Under the pieces are notes generated by a model, which searched no databases, was not told the DNA's origin, and saw only the letters and a program-made list of their open reading frames with translations. 62,763 nt of DNA, taken from NCBI GenBank assembly GCA_937922005.1, contig CAKZWV010000060.1:1-62763 (forward strand), read 5' to 3'. The DNA comes from an uncultured Clostridia bacterium. GTDB taxonomy: Bacteria; Bacillota; Clostridia; Saccharofermentanales; DTU023. Of this stretch, positions 40,295 through 50,211 are shown piece after piece (the stretch's first letter is position 1; each line of letters begins with the position of its first letter). Made by a program: the position numbers and the translations under genes.

Positions 40295-41566
40295 TTAGTT
40301 ACCAAAGTTCATGACCAGGTAAGTTCTCCCATCTGTATCGGGGTAAAGGGCGACGCCCATTCTGGTTAAACTAGGGTTAAACATGTTCGCATAGTGGGCG
40401 GCTGAATTGTAGTAATCCATAAAGACTTCTTCAGCCGTTTGTGATCCTGTCGAAAAATATCCGGTATTTTCTGCCATAGCACAATTCCATCCGTAGCGGT
40501 CTGCAATCCATTGCAAGGCAAATACTCCTTCGTGGGTATGTCCCGTACTGTCTCCAGTTGACCGATAGCTTACACCGACTTGGGGTGCCCGGATATTAGC
40601 AATACTCTGCAAGGTAGCATCATTAGTCATAAGAGCTAGACCCAGCTGTTGCCGTACAGCATTGATGTTAGCCATGATGGTCTGAGCTGCCTGGGCATAG
40701 TCGGTGATGGCCCCAGTGCGATCAATGGCTTTTAAGAAGTCTTGGCCATTCTCAGATCCCTCTTGGGCTGTTCCTGTACCGGTGCCCTGGCCTTGACCGG
40801 CAGGAGCGGTCCCTTGGTTGTTCGCCCTGAAGACTGTGTAATGTTGCTTTTGACCATCTGCATCGATATAATCTACAACTTCCGAATGATAGCCTTGGTT
40901 TGCTGCTTCTGCAGGGGAGAGTTGGTTGCCTTCCGCATCTACAGGGGGAAGGGTCAAAATCTCGTTATTCATAGCCGGTTTTTCTAGGAAGCTCTGGTTA
41001 TTGTTCGTCAACTGGCCTTGTTGGGATGTATCGATAACAGCGTTAGGTGCTGTATTGATGGGATTGGTCGTCGTAGGCGGAGCTTGGGCTTGGACTTGGC
41101 TAGGCTTTTGTGCCTCAGAGATCTGAAGATCAGCAGTTTCTGCAGTCGTTGCCTTTGTCTCAGTAGCAGGCGTTGCCTTCGTTTCTTCCTCTTCTTCGGT
41201 TTCTGTCTCGGTTGATTCGGTACTCCCACTCATCAGTTGAGCTATCAGTTCACTTTCCTTACTTTCATTGGCCTTCCGGAAGGCCTCAGCCTCTGCTTCT
41301 TTAATGTATTTGCTGCGCTCTTCTTCCATTTTATCCAGATCGTCTTGGGGTGGCTGGGTAGGTGCCGTTGTCTGAACTTCGATTTTATACTTCTTATCTG
41401 GCTTAGGGGTTAATACGGATTCTTCCTTCTTTTTACATCCGCTTAGGGTGAGAAGGGTTGTACCCGCCAACACCAGGGTCAAAGCGCTCCGCATCATGGC
41501 CTTGCCTGGATGCGCCAGCAGCTTGTCCTGGATAGAAGTATTCGCTTTATCTATATCTTGACTCAT
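40295..41566 (-). CDS. CAP/SCP-domain lipoprotein with long T/E/Q-rich low-complexity region
   Basis: Lipobox LTLSGC. The C-terminal CAP domain carries 'HTHEGVFALQWIADRYGWNCAMAEN' and 'HYANMFNPSLTRMGVALY'. Confidence 0.65.
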   Translation of the reverse strand: MSQDIDKANTSIQDKLLAHPGKAMMRSALTLVLAGTTLLTLSGCKKKEESVLTPKPDKKYKIEVQTTAPTQPPQDDLDKMEEERSKYIKEAEAEAFRKANESKESELIAQLMSGSTESTETETEEEEETKATPATETKATTAETADLQISEAQKPSQVQAQAPPTTTNPINTAPNAVIDTSQQGQLTNNNQSFLEKPAMNNEILTLPPVDAEGNQLSPAEAANQGYHSEVVDYIDADGQKQHYTVFRANNQGTAPAGQGQGTGTGTAQEGSENGQDFLKAIDRTGAITDYAQAAQTIMANINAVRQQLGLALMTNDATLQSIANIRAPQVGVSYRSTGDSTGHTHEGVFALQWIADRYGWNCAMAENTGYFSTGSQTAEEVFMDYYNSAAHYANMFNPSLTRMGVALYPDTDGRTYLVMNFGN

Positions 41567-41797
41567 GATCCTTGGATCTCCTTTTTTCTCTCCATTGTTT
41601 GTAATAATTTGTGAAGTTCGTATCCTTCCTGGGAGAGGATGATTGTCTCATTTGTTTTCGTGGCGTGGATACGGTAGCGACGTCATCATAACCTAAAACT
41701 TGAGAAAGTGCAAAAATTCAGGCCCCATTCCCCGTTGTCTAGCAAGAAAAAAGCAAGCCATAAGATTTGCATCCTGGCTTGCTATATACTTTCAACC

Positions 41798-41874
41798 TGG
41801 CGTCCCAGGTGCGACTTGAACGCACGGCGTTTCGCTTAGGAGGCGAACCCTCTATCCAACTGAGGTACTGGGAC
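41798..41874 (-). tRNA. tRNA-Arg (anticodon CCU)
   Basis: Hand-folded 77-nt cloverleaf on the minus strand: acceptor GTCCCAG/CTGGGAC, D-arm CCTC..GAGG, anticodon loop CTCCTAA, T-arm GTGCG-TTCAAGT-CGCAC, encoded CCA. Confidence 0.85.
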
Positions 41875-42272
41875 AAGTGACAAGCAACAGGCTTAGTGTA
41901 GCACTTTTTCCTAATTTTGTCTAGCAAACGACATAGAATACAAACAACGGCCAGTGGAAAACAACATAGCTTATGAAGCCCGGCCGCCAAAAAACTTGCT
42001 TACAAACCCCTGCCGCCAGAAAATGACAAAGAACCAACAGCTGTGGGCAGACTAAGTTTAGCGACTCCTACAAATTCTCCTTCAGAAAAAGAAAAACAAG
42101 AGGCAAAAAAAAAGAGAATTGTATATCTTTAAAGACAGGATTCATGCGACCATGTTAAGATGCTTCAACCGCCAAATGGAAACGTTGACTGGCGATTAGA
42201 CTAGAAACATGGTTAGCGAATAAGCAAAATCGTTTTCAAGCAAGTCAGGTCCAAGCCGAGAAAGGAATTCCT

Positions 42273-43481
42273 ATGCCCCTGTTTTCTTTAGATGAATCAA
42301 ATTTATCCCTTTGGGTGACAGCCAGTTCAGGCACCGAGGCCTGCATCAAACGGGAAATGTCCCATCTGGGCTATGAGGCCCCCCCTTTTGTTGAGGGGAG
42401 AGGAGAAATCATGGGGACTTGGAAGGATCTAGCTCGACTCAATCTCCACCTAGCGGTGGCTGACCGGGTCCTGGTGCGTTTGGCCGAACTCCCCAATGTA
42501 AAGGACTTTGATACCCTCTTTGAGATGGTCCGCTCCTATCCTTGGCCTATTTTATTGCCCTTCGATGCCCAGGTGACCCTGTGGGTGAAAAGCACCCAAT
42601 CTCAACTGAGCTCCCTAAGGACCATCCAGTCAGTGGCGGATAAGGCCATTGTTCAAAGAATGCAGGAACATTATCATACCCGACAAAGACTACCAAAGAG
42701 TGGGGCCCGCTACCAAATTGAATTGCGTCTGTTCCAAGATACCCTTACCCTCAGCCTCAATAGTTCCGGGCCTGGCTTGAATCGTCGGTCTTATCGGGCC
42801 GCCACTGGGGACGCTCCCCTTCGTGAAACCCTAGCAGCGGCCATGTTGGACCTTAGTTTTTGGAATCCAAGCCGCCCCCTCTTAGATTGTTTTACAGGAT
42901 CTGGAACGATCTTGATCGAAGCTGCTTGTCGGGCTAGAAAAATTGCTCCTGGCCTCCAAAGGGATTTTGACTTTGCCCATTGGAGCTGGCCCGGTTTACC
43001 AGAATTTCAGGGTAAGCAGCTTTTGGAGGCGGTCCGGCAAGAAGCCCAGGCAGATATCATTTCAACTCAAGAAGCTGCGCTTGACCTCACAGGTTATGAA
43101 ATCGATCCACAAGTCTGTGAGCTGGCCTTACACAATGCAAAACTTGCCGGGGTGGGTGAAGATATCAACTTTGTGGCAGAGGATTTTCGGATGGCTGACT
43201 TTTCACGGCCAGGCACGGTCATTATCAGTAATCCCCCATATGGGGAGCGTTTGGGAAAAGTACCAGAAGTAATCAAAATGATGCGATTTTTAGGAGACCG
43301 CCTCCGAGAAAATCCCTATCTCAGTCTATACCTGTTGACGGATGATACTTTCTTAGAAAGAGAAATTGGGCGTAAGGCCGACAAGAGACGCAAGCTCTAC
43401 TCCGGCAACAAGGAAGTGACCCTCTATTGTTTTGCCAGCGCCAAACCACCTAAAAAACCCAAATCCGAGGATCAGGCATAG
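42273..43481 (+). CDS. THUMP-domain class I SAM-dependent RNA methyltransferase (RlmKL/YpsC-like)
   Basis: 'IISNPPYGERLG' (NPPY motif) and 'DCFTGSGTILIEAA' (SAM-binding motif I). Confidence 0.8.
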   Translation: MPLFSLDESNLSLWVTASSGTEACIKREMSHLGYEAPPFVEGRGEIMGTWKDLARLNLHLAVADRVLVRLAELPNVKDFDTLFEMVRSYPWPILLPFDAQVTLWVKSTQSQLSSLRTIQSVADKAIVQRMQEHYHTRQRLPKSGARYQIELRLFQDTLTLSLNSSGPGLNRRSYRAATGDAPLRETLAAAMLDLSFWNPSRPLLDCFTGSGTILIEAACRARKIAPGLQRDFDFAHWSWPGLPEFQGKQLLEAVRQEAQADIISTQEAALDLTGYEIDPQVCELALHNAKLAGVGEDINFVAEDFRMADFSRPGTVIISNPPYGERLGKVPEVIKMMRFLGDRLRENPYLSLYLLTDDTFLEREIGRKADKRRKLYSGNKEVTLYCFASAKPPKKPKSEDQA

Positions 43482-43568
43482 GGCCTCATCCAGCCCATTC
43501 AGTAAGAGTCTCGGCCAAAATACCTTAGCCACGGGCTCAGCAGCGATTTCAGAAGCATCCAGCTCCCT

Positions 43569-45011
43569 TTAAAAGAGGTCCCGGCTGAAATGAAAGGCCA
43601 TATCGGCAAAGCGGAGCCGACAGCGGTCAGGGAGGAGGTAGAGCTCATGGCGGTTCAGGCGCTTCCCGTCGAGCAAGGTCCCATTGACCGAGCCTAAATC
43701 CTGAATAAAATAATCCTCGCCGAATTTGCTGATTCTCGCATGTCGCCGGCCCACGGCCTTCGTGGGTAGGACAAAGTCACAGAGGGCAGCATCCCGACCA
43801 ATGATAAATTCGGACGTGAGGATAAAGGCCCGCAAACCTTCCTTTTCTCGTCCGGACCCAGGTAGGCCTTCAGAGATGACGGCAAAGGAATTGCTTTCTA
43901 CGTGATCTGGCAGGGGCAGGGTCTTTTCTTTGGACTGGTTCTGGAGTATTTGTCTCTGAAGCTGACGACGAGCTTGCCTTTGTCCCCAAACACCCCAGAG
44001 GCCGGATAAGCCTTTTTCATTTCCGGCATCCATGAGACCTGAGCTGTTTTCCTCTCCTTCAAAGTTATAGTCAGCAGCTGCTTCGGCAACCTTGTTGGCC
44101 AAGGCTTGGTCTATTGGTGCCTTGCCCCCGAATAAATATTTAACTTTCTGCCAAAGACTGTCCGGCTGCCTTTCGGGTTGAGCCCAAATACCTCCGGGAT
44201 GGTCTTCCAGGTCAACCATGGCTTCTTGGACTTTTTGGCGCTCTAAGAGCCATTTCTTCTTTTTTTCAGGACTAGCTAAGTTCTGCACCCGGAGCTGGGC
44301 TTCCAAACGCTCTCGCCTTTCGATTTGGTCGGGGTGGGGGAGGTGGGTCTTGGCTAGTTCCACCTCTGAACGCAATTTACTAAAGTTTTTCTCTTGAAAA
44401 TAGTTCTGCAAGACCATGCGAAGACGGTCACCTAAAAAGTAGCGGTCGCAGATTTCGTCGATGAGGTTTCTGTCCGTGGTGGAAGAAACGATATCGCTGG
44501 CATAATCCTTCTCATCGGGAGCCCCGTCTTCCTTCTCTTGCAGACCACTTTCCGTATCGTTAGCCATTCCGTCGTTAGCCTTTTTATCGTTATCCCTTCT
44601 ATCGTTATCCTTCGTTACTTGCTTGATGGAGGTAAAGGTCTTTTCAGGAAGGGGAAGGGAGAGGATGGCCACATCGGAGAATTCGTCATAGGGGTCATAA
44701 AGATAGATCCAAGAAGCTCGCATCAAATCCAGATCGAGGTTGAGCATTTGATCTTGGTTGGCCAGGCAAGCGTCGGAAATAGCACAGAGTCGATCTAGGC
44801 CAAGGAGAGGCGAGGCTGGCAGGGGATCCTCAGAGAGGGGACAGAGGTCTTGAGGAACTTGAATTTGAAAGAAAGCTTGCGGCAGTTTTGTTTTATCTTC
44901 CTTTTCTTCCCAATAGACGAGGGGGAGAGTGTGACGAGGACGCTCTTGGAGGAGGACATGGAGTTGCCATGGGTCCACTTGGGCCGTTCCTTTAGATTGA
45001 AATACCAACAT
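43569..45011 (-). CDS. FHA-domain protein (C-terminal FHA) associated with Tad locus
   Basis: C-terminal 'FIIGRDAALCDFVLPTKAVGRRHARISKFGEDYFIQDLGSVNGTLLDGKRL', an FHA fold. The N-terminal 380 aa are uncharacterised. Confidence 0.65.
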   Translation of the reverse strand: MLVFQSKGTAQVDPWQLHVLLQERPRHTLPLVYWEEKEDKTKLPQAFFQIQVPQDLCPLSEDPLPASPLLGLDRLCAISDACLANQDQMLNLDLDLMRASWIYLYDPYDEFSDVAILSLPLPEKTFTSIKQVTKDNDRRDNDKKANDGMANDTESGLQEKEDGAPDEKDYASDIVSSTTDRNLIDEICDRYFLGDRLRMVLQNYFQEKNFSKLRSEVELAKTHLPHPDQIERRERLEAQLRVQNLASPEKKKKWLLERQKVQEAMVDLEDHPGGIWAQPERQPDSLWQKVKYLFGGKAPIDQALANKVAEAAADYNFEGEENSSGLMDAGNEKGLSGLWGVWGQRQARRQLQRQILQNQSKEKTLPLPDHVESNSFAVISEGLPGSGREKEGLRAFILTSEFIIGRDAALCDFVLPTKAVGRRHARISKFGEDYFIQDLGSVNGTLLDGKRLNRHELYLLPDRCRLRFADMAFHFSRDLF

Positions 45012-45112
45012 AGGATAAGGAGGAGAAAGCCTGACGCAGCCGCCTGGTTTTCTCCTCGAGCCTCCTTTCTTAGGGAGTATTTGCCAAGCCTTCGGAGAGA
45101 CTGGACCTCGGA

Positions 45113-45508
45113 TTAATTGTAGCTAATGCTGTCAATGACTTTCTTATCAAAGACCTTTTTGAAGAGGTCTGTTGAAAATTTGACGATTTGTGACTTGAAT
45201 GTCAAGGCAAGGGCTAGGAGAATAGCGATAATAATGACGATTTCTAAAGTTCCCATTCCCTGCTTATCCTTGGCCTTATCCCAAGCACAATGCGCTAGGG
45301 TGTCGGCCTTGACATAGAGCTGATTGAGTCTGTCTTGCAGCCTAGCAGTCAAGGAGAGTGGGTGAGGAGAAGCACCGAGGTGCCTAGAGGGACTTGGTTC
45401 ACCGAGCGTGGGCCCTCCGCTATCAGGGGCCGAGACCGGCCGAAAATGCTGGAATGTTTGTTGTATCATGGATCTATCCTTTCTTTGTTCGTGCCACAAG
45501 AAGCGCAT
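45113..45508 (-). CDS. Flp/Fap-type pilin-like protein; ORF has anomalously long N-terminal region
   Basis: 'KQG|MGTLEIVIIIAILLALALTF' gives a G/xxxxE class-III signal-like motif and a hydrophobic stretch. No in-frame start codon fits a normal ~20-aa leader. Confidence 0.45.
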   Translation of the reverse strand: MRFLWHEQRKDRSMIQQTFQHFRPVSAPDSGGPTLGEPSPSRHLGASPHPLSLTARLQDRLNQLYVKADTLAHCAWDKAKDKQGMGTLEIVIIIAILLALALTFKSQIVKFSTDLFKKVFDKKVIDSISYN

Positions 45509-45739
45509 CTGTATGTGCCATATGGGTACGTATATTTATGCCATCAAAGGTGCATTTTTTCGATCTCATCTGCTGTACAGACTACATAGGCCTCACCTCC
45601 CTTCTTGTCTTTCATCATTTTTTCTGATATTTGATCTTTTCTTCAAATATTCCCTATGTTAATTGGAAATGCTCAAAAATTATCTGTATTATTCCAGAAT
45701 ACTGCAGAATGCTCCCAGGCCCCCGCTTCCACCTTTTTC

Positions 45740-47596
45740 CTAGCCGCCAATAAAGCCTGCCAGGGCGGGCAAAACAGAACTGAGAATGACGAGGAGTAAG
45801 TCTAGACCCAGGGGAATGACGAGGAGGATATTGCGGTTTTCCAGGTCTTTGCGCATGGCATTTTTATAGACGTCCCAGCAGGCAACAGCCTCAAGTTGCA
45901 GGATATCTAGGAGTTCTTTGCCCCCGTCTCGATCGTAGCGGGCGATCAATTGCAGGGCGCTAGAAATCTCATTAGAGGGAACTTTGTGACTGAGACCTTG
46001 GAGGGCATCCGCTGCCGTAACCCCAGTTGCAATTTCCCTTTGTAAATGACGGAAGTCTTGGCGAATGAGGGATTCTTTATTGCGGCTCGGAAAGAAAGTC
46101 TTCCTTGTGGCAGTGCTCAAAGTCCTTCCATATGGAGCGTAACTTATAGATGAACCTAGAGCACCAGAGGAAGCATATCCCCCAGGCGAAGCCAAGTCAG
46201 CAGAAGCTGCAAGACCACCCATATTCGCTAAAGCCTGCTGACTACCACTCCCTAGGCTAGACATCGGGCCGCCTGTCTGCCCATGGTAAAAATCTAGGTC
46301 ACCTTCCCCTAAGAAGCTTTGATAAGCCAGGTCCAGGGCCTTGTTCAGGCTAAGGCCACTGCTTAAAAGAATGTGACATAAATTAAGGAAGGAGGGGTAT
46401 TCCAACCGGTATTCCTGTTGTATCTTTTTTTCTAGATGTAAGAGTTCGGCGTCTTGGAGGAGGCTCGGTGCTATAGTGAATAAAATGCCAAGACAGGGAT
46501 TTAGATCCGCCAGCACCAAGAGAAAAATGGCAAAAATCGCACCTCCAGCACACAGACAAAGTTTTTGCTGGATGTAGTAAGGAAAGGGGTCAGGTGTTCC
46601 TTTACTAGCCTCCTCCAGCCAAGAGGAATCGAGGCCTCCTAGCTTTTTTTGTTTTCCTTCCTTGCCCTTGTTTCGAATTAGATTGACCCGCCAGGATCGG
46701 CGAACGGCCCCAGCTAACTTGAATCCCAAACTTGAAGGCAAAAAACTAATGATATGGTCGCTTAATTGTGCAATCCAGGGGGGGACTGGGGCTTTCACCT
46801 CCATCTCCTTGAATTTGATGGTACGTTCTTTATAGGGATCCGCCCCGGCGATAATGACAAGAGCAATGGATCCCGAGAGAATGGCCCCTAAAAAAAGCAC
46901 CTGCATCATGGCTGGACCCCAGGGGGCTTCCTTTAGGGGGACTAAATAGGTCGGTGATCCTTGATTGAGGAAAAACATGATGACAAAAGGCATGAAAATT
47001 AGGATCAAGGCCTCTGTATTTTTCGCACTTTGCTCTGCCACAATCTCATCCTGCGTCGTCAACTCTTCGCTCAGAGCCCGATGGCTGTGGCGGATATAAT
47101 TGTCCATCCGCCCGCCAAAACGGTGCAAAAATGGAAGAATCGAGAGAAAGGACTTAGCTTTGGGACAGCGAAAGCGCTGGTTAAAAAGGGAAAGGGCCTC
47201 CCCCAAGCCTAGTTTCGACATGAGGGCCCCTTTGAGGAGGGAGAGGGCCTTAGCTAGGCTGCTATGGTGGCCCGTTTGCTGACTCACTACCCGGTAGGCA
47301 CTGGTGAGACTTGTTTCCAAACTTTGCCCTGCAGCGATCCGACTACTCAAATACTCTAGCAACACCAAAAATTGCTTGACCTTCCTATGTTTTCCTCTGC
47401 CCTGAAAAAAACTTTGGTAGGCCCAGGTAAGGGGAATCGTAGCCACGGCACCGCAAAGCCAGTCCCGAGTGGAAGTGAGAGGCCAAACACTAAGACCAAC
47501 AAGAATCGTAAGGATGGCCGCAAGTAAAAAGGGAAGAAGCTCCCACATCCGCTGGCAAAAGGCCCGGATTTTTACTTTTCCTAACTTTGTTTTCAT
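45740..47596 (-). CDS. fused TadB/TadC-like (T2SS F-domain) pilus assembly membrane protein
   Basis: 618 aa with two GspF/TadC-like membrane domains; it overlaps tadA by 4 nt. Confidence 0.65.
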   Translation of the reverse strand: MKTKLGKVKIRAFCQRMWELLPFLLAAILTILVGLSVWPLTSTRDWLCGAVATIPLTWAYQSFFQGRGKHRKVKQFLVLLEYLSSRIAAGQSLETSLTSAYRVVSQQTGHHSSLAKALSLLKGALMSKLGLGEALSLFNQRFRCPKAKSFLSILPFLHRFGGRMDNYIRHSHRALSEELTTQDEIVAEQSAKNTEALILIFMPFVIMFFLNQGSPTYLVPLKEAPWGPAMMQVLFLGAILSGSIALVIIAGADPYKERTIKFKEMEVKAPVPPWIAQLSDHIISFLPSSLGFKLAGAVRRSWRVNLIRNKGKEGKQKKLGGLDSSWLEEASKGTPDPFPYYIQQKLCLCAGGAIFAIFLLVLADLNPCLGILFTIAPSLLQDAELLHLEKKIQQEYRLEYPSFLNLCHILLSSGLSLNKALDLAYQSFLGEGDLDFYHGQTGGPMSSLGSGSQQALANMGGLAASADLASPGGYASSGALGSSISYAPYGRTLSTATRKTFFPSRNKESLIRQDFRHLQREIATGVTAADALQGLSHKVPSNEISSALQLIARYDRDGGKELLDILQLEAVACWDVYKNAMRKDLENRNILLVIPLGLDLLLVILSSVLPALAGFIGG

Positions 47597-48726
47597 GTCA
47601 CATCCCTCACATAGACTGGCTCCAGGATAAAGCGCCCATCTTCATAGTCTTTTAAGCGTTGGACTTCTTGGACGATTCTTTTCCCATTGGGGAGGCGGAC
47701 GAGATGGATAATGAGATCGATAGCGGAGACGATGAGGCGGCGGATGGCCTCCCAGGGGAGGGCCGAATTCATCAAAATCATGAGACAAATTCGGTCCAGC
47801 ATCTCCACGGGACTATTTCCGTGTCCTGTGGACATGGACCCAGGGTGACCCGTGCTCATGGCCTGGACCATATCAAAGGCCTCCCCGCCCCGCACCTCCC
47901 CAACAATGATCCTGTCAGGGCGGAGGCGCAAAGACGAGCGAATGAGATCGCCCAAAGTCACTTCACCCGTCCCATCAGGGCCTGGTGGCCTAGCCTCCAA
48001 GCGGAGGAGGTTGTCCACCCCCTGAAGCTCCAGCTCCAAAGAGTCCTCGATCGTGATAATCCGCTCATTTTTGGGAATACAAGCGGATAGAGCATTTAAA
48101 AAGGTCGTTTTGCCTGTACCGGTCCCTCCTGAGCAAAAAATACTCTTGCGCCCGACAACTGCTTCCTTTAAGGTTTCGGCAAGCTCATCGGGAAGGGTCC
48201 CAGCAGAAACAAGATTTTCAAGGCTCGGCTTGATCCCAGTAAAGCGTCGAATGCTTAGGGCAGGCCCATAGGGGGCAGCTGGCGGCAAAACTGCCTGGAT
48301 CCGGGACCCATCCTGGAGACGCATCCCCGCTATGGGCTTTTGTTCATTGATGATTTTATTGGCCTGGCCAAAGAGCCGACTAATGAAGTCTGTCAAATCC
48401 TCCTGGTCATGAAAGGAAATATTCACTCTCCTCAAGAGCCCAGCCTGTTCCACGAAGACATCCTGGGGGCCATTGACCATGATTTCGGTAATTTCCGGTC
48501 GAGAAAAGAACTCTTGTAGGATATCCAGGCCCCGCATCTTGTTGTAGACCTGACTACAGAGATCAGCCTTTTGACTGAGGGTCAGTTGCTCCTGGCTAGG
48601 CATGGCGCTGACTATCCGTCCAATCAATCGGCGGAGTTCCTGGTCTGGCAAACTTTCGATGGCAATATTTTGGCTGACCAATAGCTCTAGAACCTGCTGA
48701 CAGAGCTTCTCATTTTGCATTTTCAT
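47593..48726 (-). CDS. TadA/CpaF-family type II/IV secretion ATPase
   Basis: Walker A 'CSGGTGTGKTTFLNAL', Walker B 'RIIVGEVRGGEA' and a His-box. Confidence 0.85.
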   Translation of the reverse strand: MKMQNEKLCQQVLELLVSQNIAIESLPDQELRRLIGRIVSAMPSQEQLTLSQKADLCSQVYNKMRGLDILQEFFSRPEITEIMVNGPQDVFVEQAGLLRRVNISFHDQEDLTDFISRLFGQANKIINEQKPIAGMRLQDGSRIQAVLPPAAPYGPALSIRRFTGIKPSLENLVSAGTLPDELAETLKEAVVGRKSIFCSGGTGTGKTTFLNALSACIPKNERIITIEDSLELELQGVDNLLRLEARPPGPDGTGEVTLGDLIRSSLRLRPDRIIVGEVRGGEAFDMVQAMSTGHPGSMSTGHGNSPVEMLDRICLMILMNSALPWEAIRRLIVSAIDLIIHLVRLPNGKRIVQEVQRLKDYEDGRFILEPVYVRDVT

Positions 48727-48809
48727 CGTACAAATACTCCCTCAAATCTTTTCTTCGATAGTTATCTAGAATTCTGCCCCCCAATATGCCCACCTCTTTT
48801 CCTCTAGAC

Positions 48810-49931
48810 TTATCTAGCAAACCATCGGATTTTCCCAGCTTTTTGTCGCTTTTTCTCTTCAAAATATTCCTCCCTGGTTTTACGGTCGGCAATGTATTTC
48901 AGCTCTATAACTTTGATATTGTCTGGTAGACCAGCTAAAAGGAGTCGCAATTCCTGGCGGGCAAAAAAATCCGCTGTACCTGGCCCAGGCGGGAAGTCAC
49001 AGTAAAAGCGGTCAGCGGCTCGAACGAGGGGGACCAAGTGACTGAGGGGGAGGTGGGCCTCAATAAGGCAGTGGCTGTCTTCCTCTAAGTCTGTCATCAT
49101 TTTGGCATAGGCCCGAGCACATTGGACGAGGGTCTCAGGTTTGCACTGCAAAACATCTTCAGCCCGGCCGTTGAGCTTGGGGCCATAGTAGGAACCGATA
49201 TCTAGGGCATAGGGCTTGATGGTATGGAGGAGGGTTTGCTGGTCGGGCTCTAGGCCATTTTCCCAGGCTAAAAGGGCAGTTGATAGGCCCATATGGTCCG
49301 GGGCATCCGGCTCTTCATAGTCTGGTCCTACGACAGCTAGGGGCAACTGAAGCTCGAAAATTGGCATGAAAGGTAAATAGAGGCAACTTTCCCCTTTTTG
49401 CGCATATTCTCGTAGCTTCTTACGGATAAATTGTCGACGCAGCCCAGGATCAAAGGCAGATACCACCATAAATCCGTCCCCTGCTTTTTCTTCGTCAGCT
49501 GGGAGGAGGTTGGCGATCTTACGCAGGCCCGCCTCTAGGACTTGGAATATTTGGCTGACGGATGCAAAGGGATGAAAGGATTCAATAGGCCCCTCCCATT
49601 CCACAGCCATCGCTCTTAGGGTCTCAGGACTGCCTTTCCAGAGGAGTATCTTTTTCTTTGGCGGTATATCTGCTAGATTCCCTAAAATCTGCCTCCAGAG
49701 GGCCGGATCATCGTTCCAGTATTGGGCATCAAAAATAAGAACATCTAGGCGATCGCCTTCCTTTAAGAGATTCTCTTGCTCATTTTCATGTATCCTTTCT
49801 CTAACTTTTCGAACTTTTTCAGAGGACCAGTCATCAATCTCGTAGCTGCCACCAGATAGGTCCTGCAAGGCTCGACCTAGACGGTGAGCATAGGCTGGAT
49901 TGGTGTCGGCAATGCCAATATGAATCTTCAT
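48810..49931 (-). CDS. TadZ/CpaE-like protein (REC-like N-domain, degenerate ParA/MinD-like domain lacking Walker A)
   Basis: 'MKIHIGIADTNPAYAHRL' is receiver-like. The position upstream of tadA suits TadZ. No P-loop was recognised, so this is a weak call. Start set at the ATG with AAGGAG upstream. Confidence 0.35.
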   Translation of the reverse strand: MKIHIGIADTNPAYAHRLGRALQDLSGGSYEIDDWSSEKVRKVRERIHENEQENLLKEGDRLDVLIFDAQYWNDDPALWRQILGNLADIPPKKKILLWKGSPETLRAMAVEWEGPIESFHPFASVSQIFQVLEAGLRKIANLLPADEEKAGDGFMVVSAFDPGLRRQFIRKKLREYAQKGESCLYLPFMPIFELQLPLAVVGPDYEEPDAPDHMGLSTALLAWENGLEPDQQTLLHTIKPYALDIGSYYGPKLNGRAEDVLQCKPETLVQCARAYAKMMTDLEEDSHCLIEAHLPLSHLVPLVRAADRFYCDFPPGPGTADFFARQELRLLLAGLPDNIKVIELKYIADRKTREEYFEEKKRQKAGKIRWFAR

Positions 49932-50084
49932 GGCTACGTCCAAGCTCCTTTCCGAGGTGGTATATCTGCAACCTGGCACTAGTCTAGGACCTGGCCCATT
50001 TTTTGATTGTGAAAAAGATCGACAAATTTCGACAATTGTCGAAATAACCTTAATTACGTTCCTTTTTGTGGTTGTTTTGCAACT

Positions 50085-50205
50085 AGAATTGTGTTACCAT
50101 ATTTTCCACGCCAAATAATCCAGGCACGGACCTGGCCCGATGGGTGACAACCGGGGGCGTTCCTACCGGTGGCTAACAACCGGATTTCTAAAAAAGGAGA
50201 AAAAA
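50085..50205 (+). promoter_or_regulatory. metK leader with SAM-riboswitch-like core (GGACCUGGCCCGAUG...ACAACCGG) — candidate only
   Basis: A putative promoter TTGCAA-17-TATTTT precedes it. The core resembles the SAM-I 'GGGACUGGCCCGAUGA' block, but the full consensus is not met. Confidence 0.25.
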
Positions 50206-50211
50206 CAAGAA

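Noticed and set aside
41739-41990. 83-aa ORF on the minus strand
   Set aside because: It overlaps the tRNA-Arg(CCU) gene at 41798..41874. The tRNA call is much better supported.
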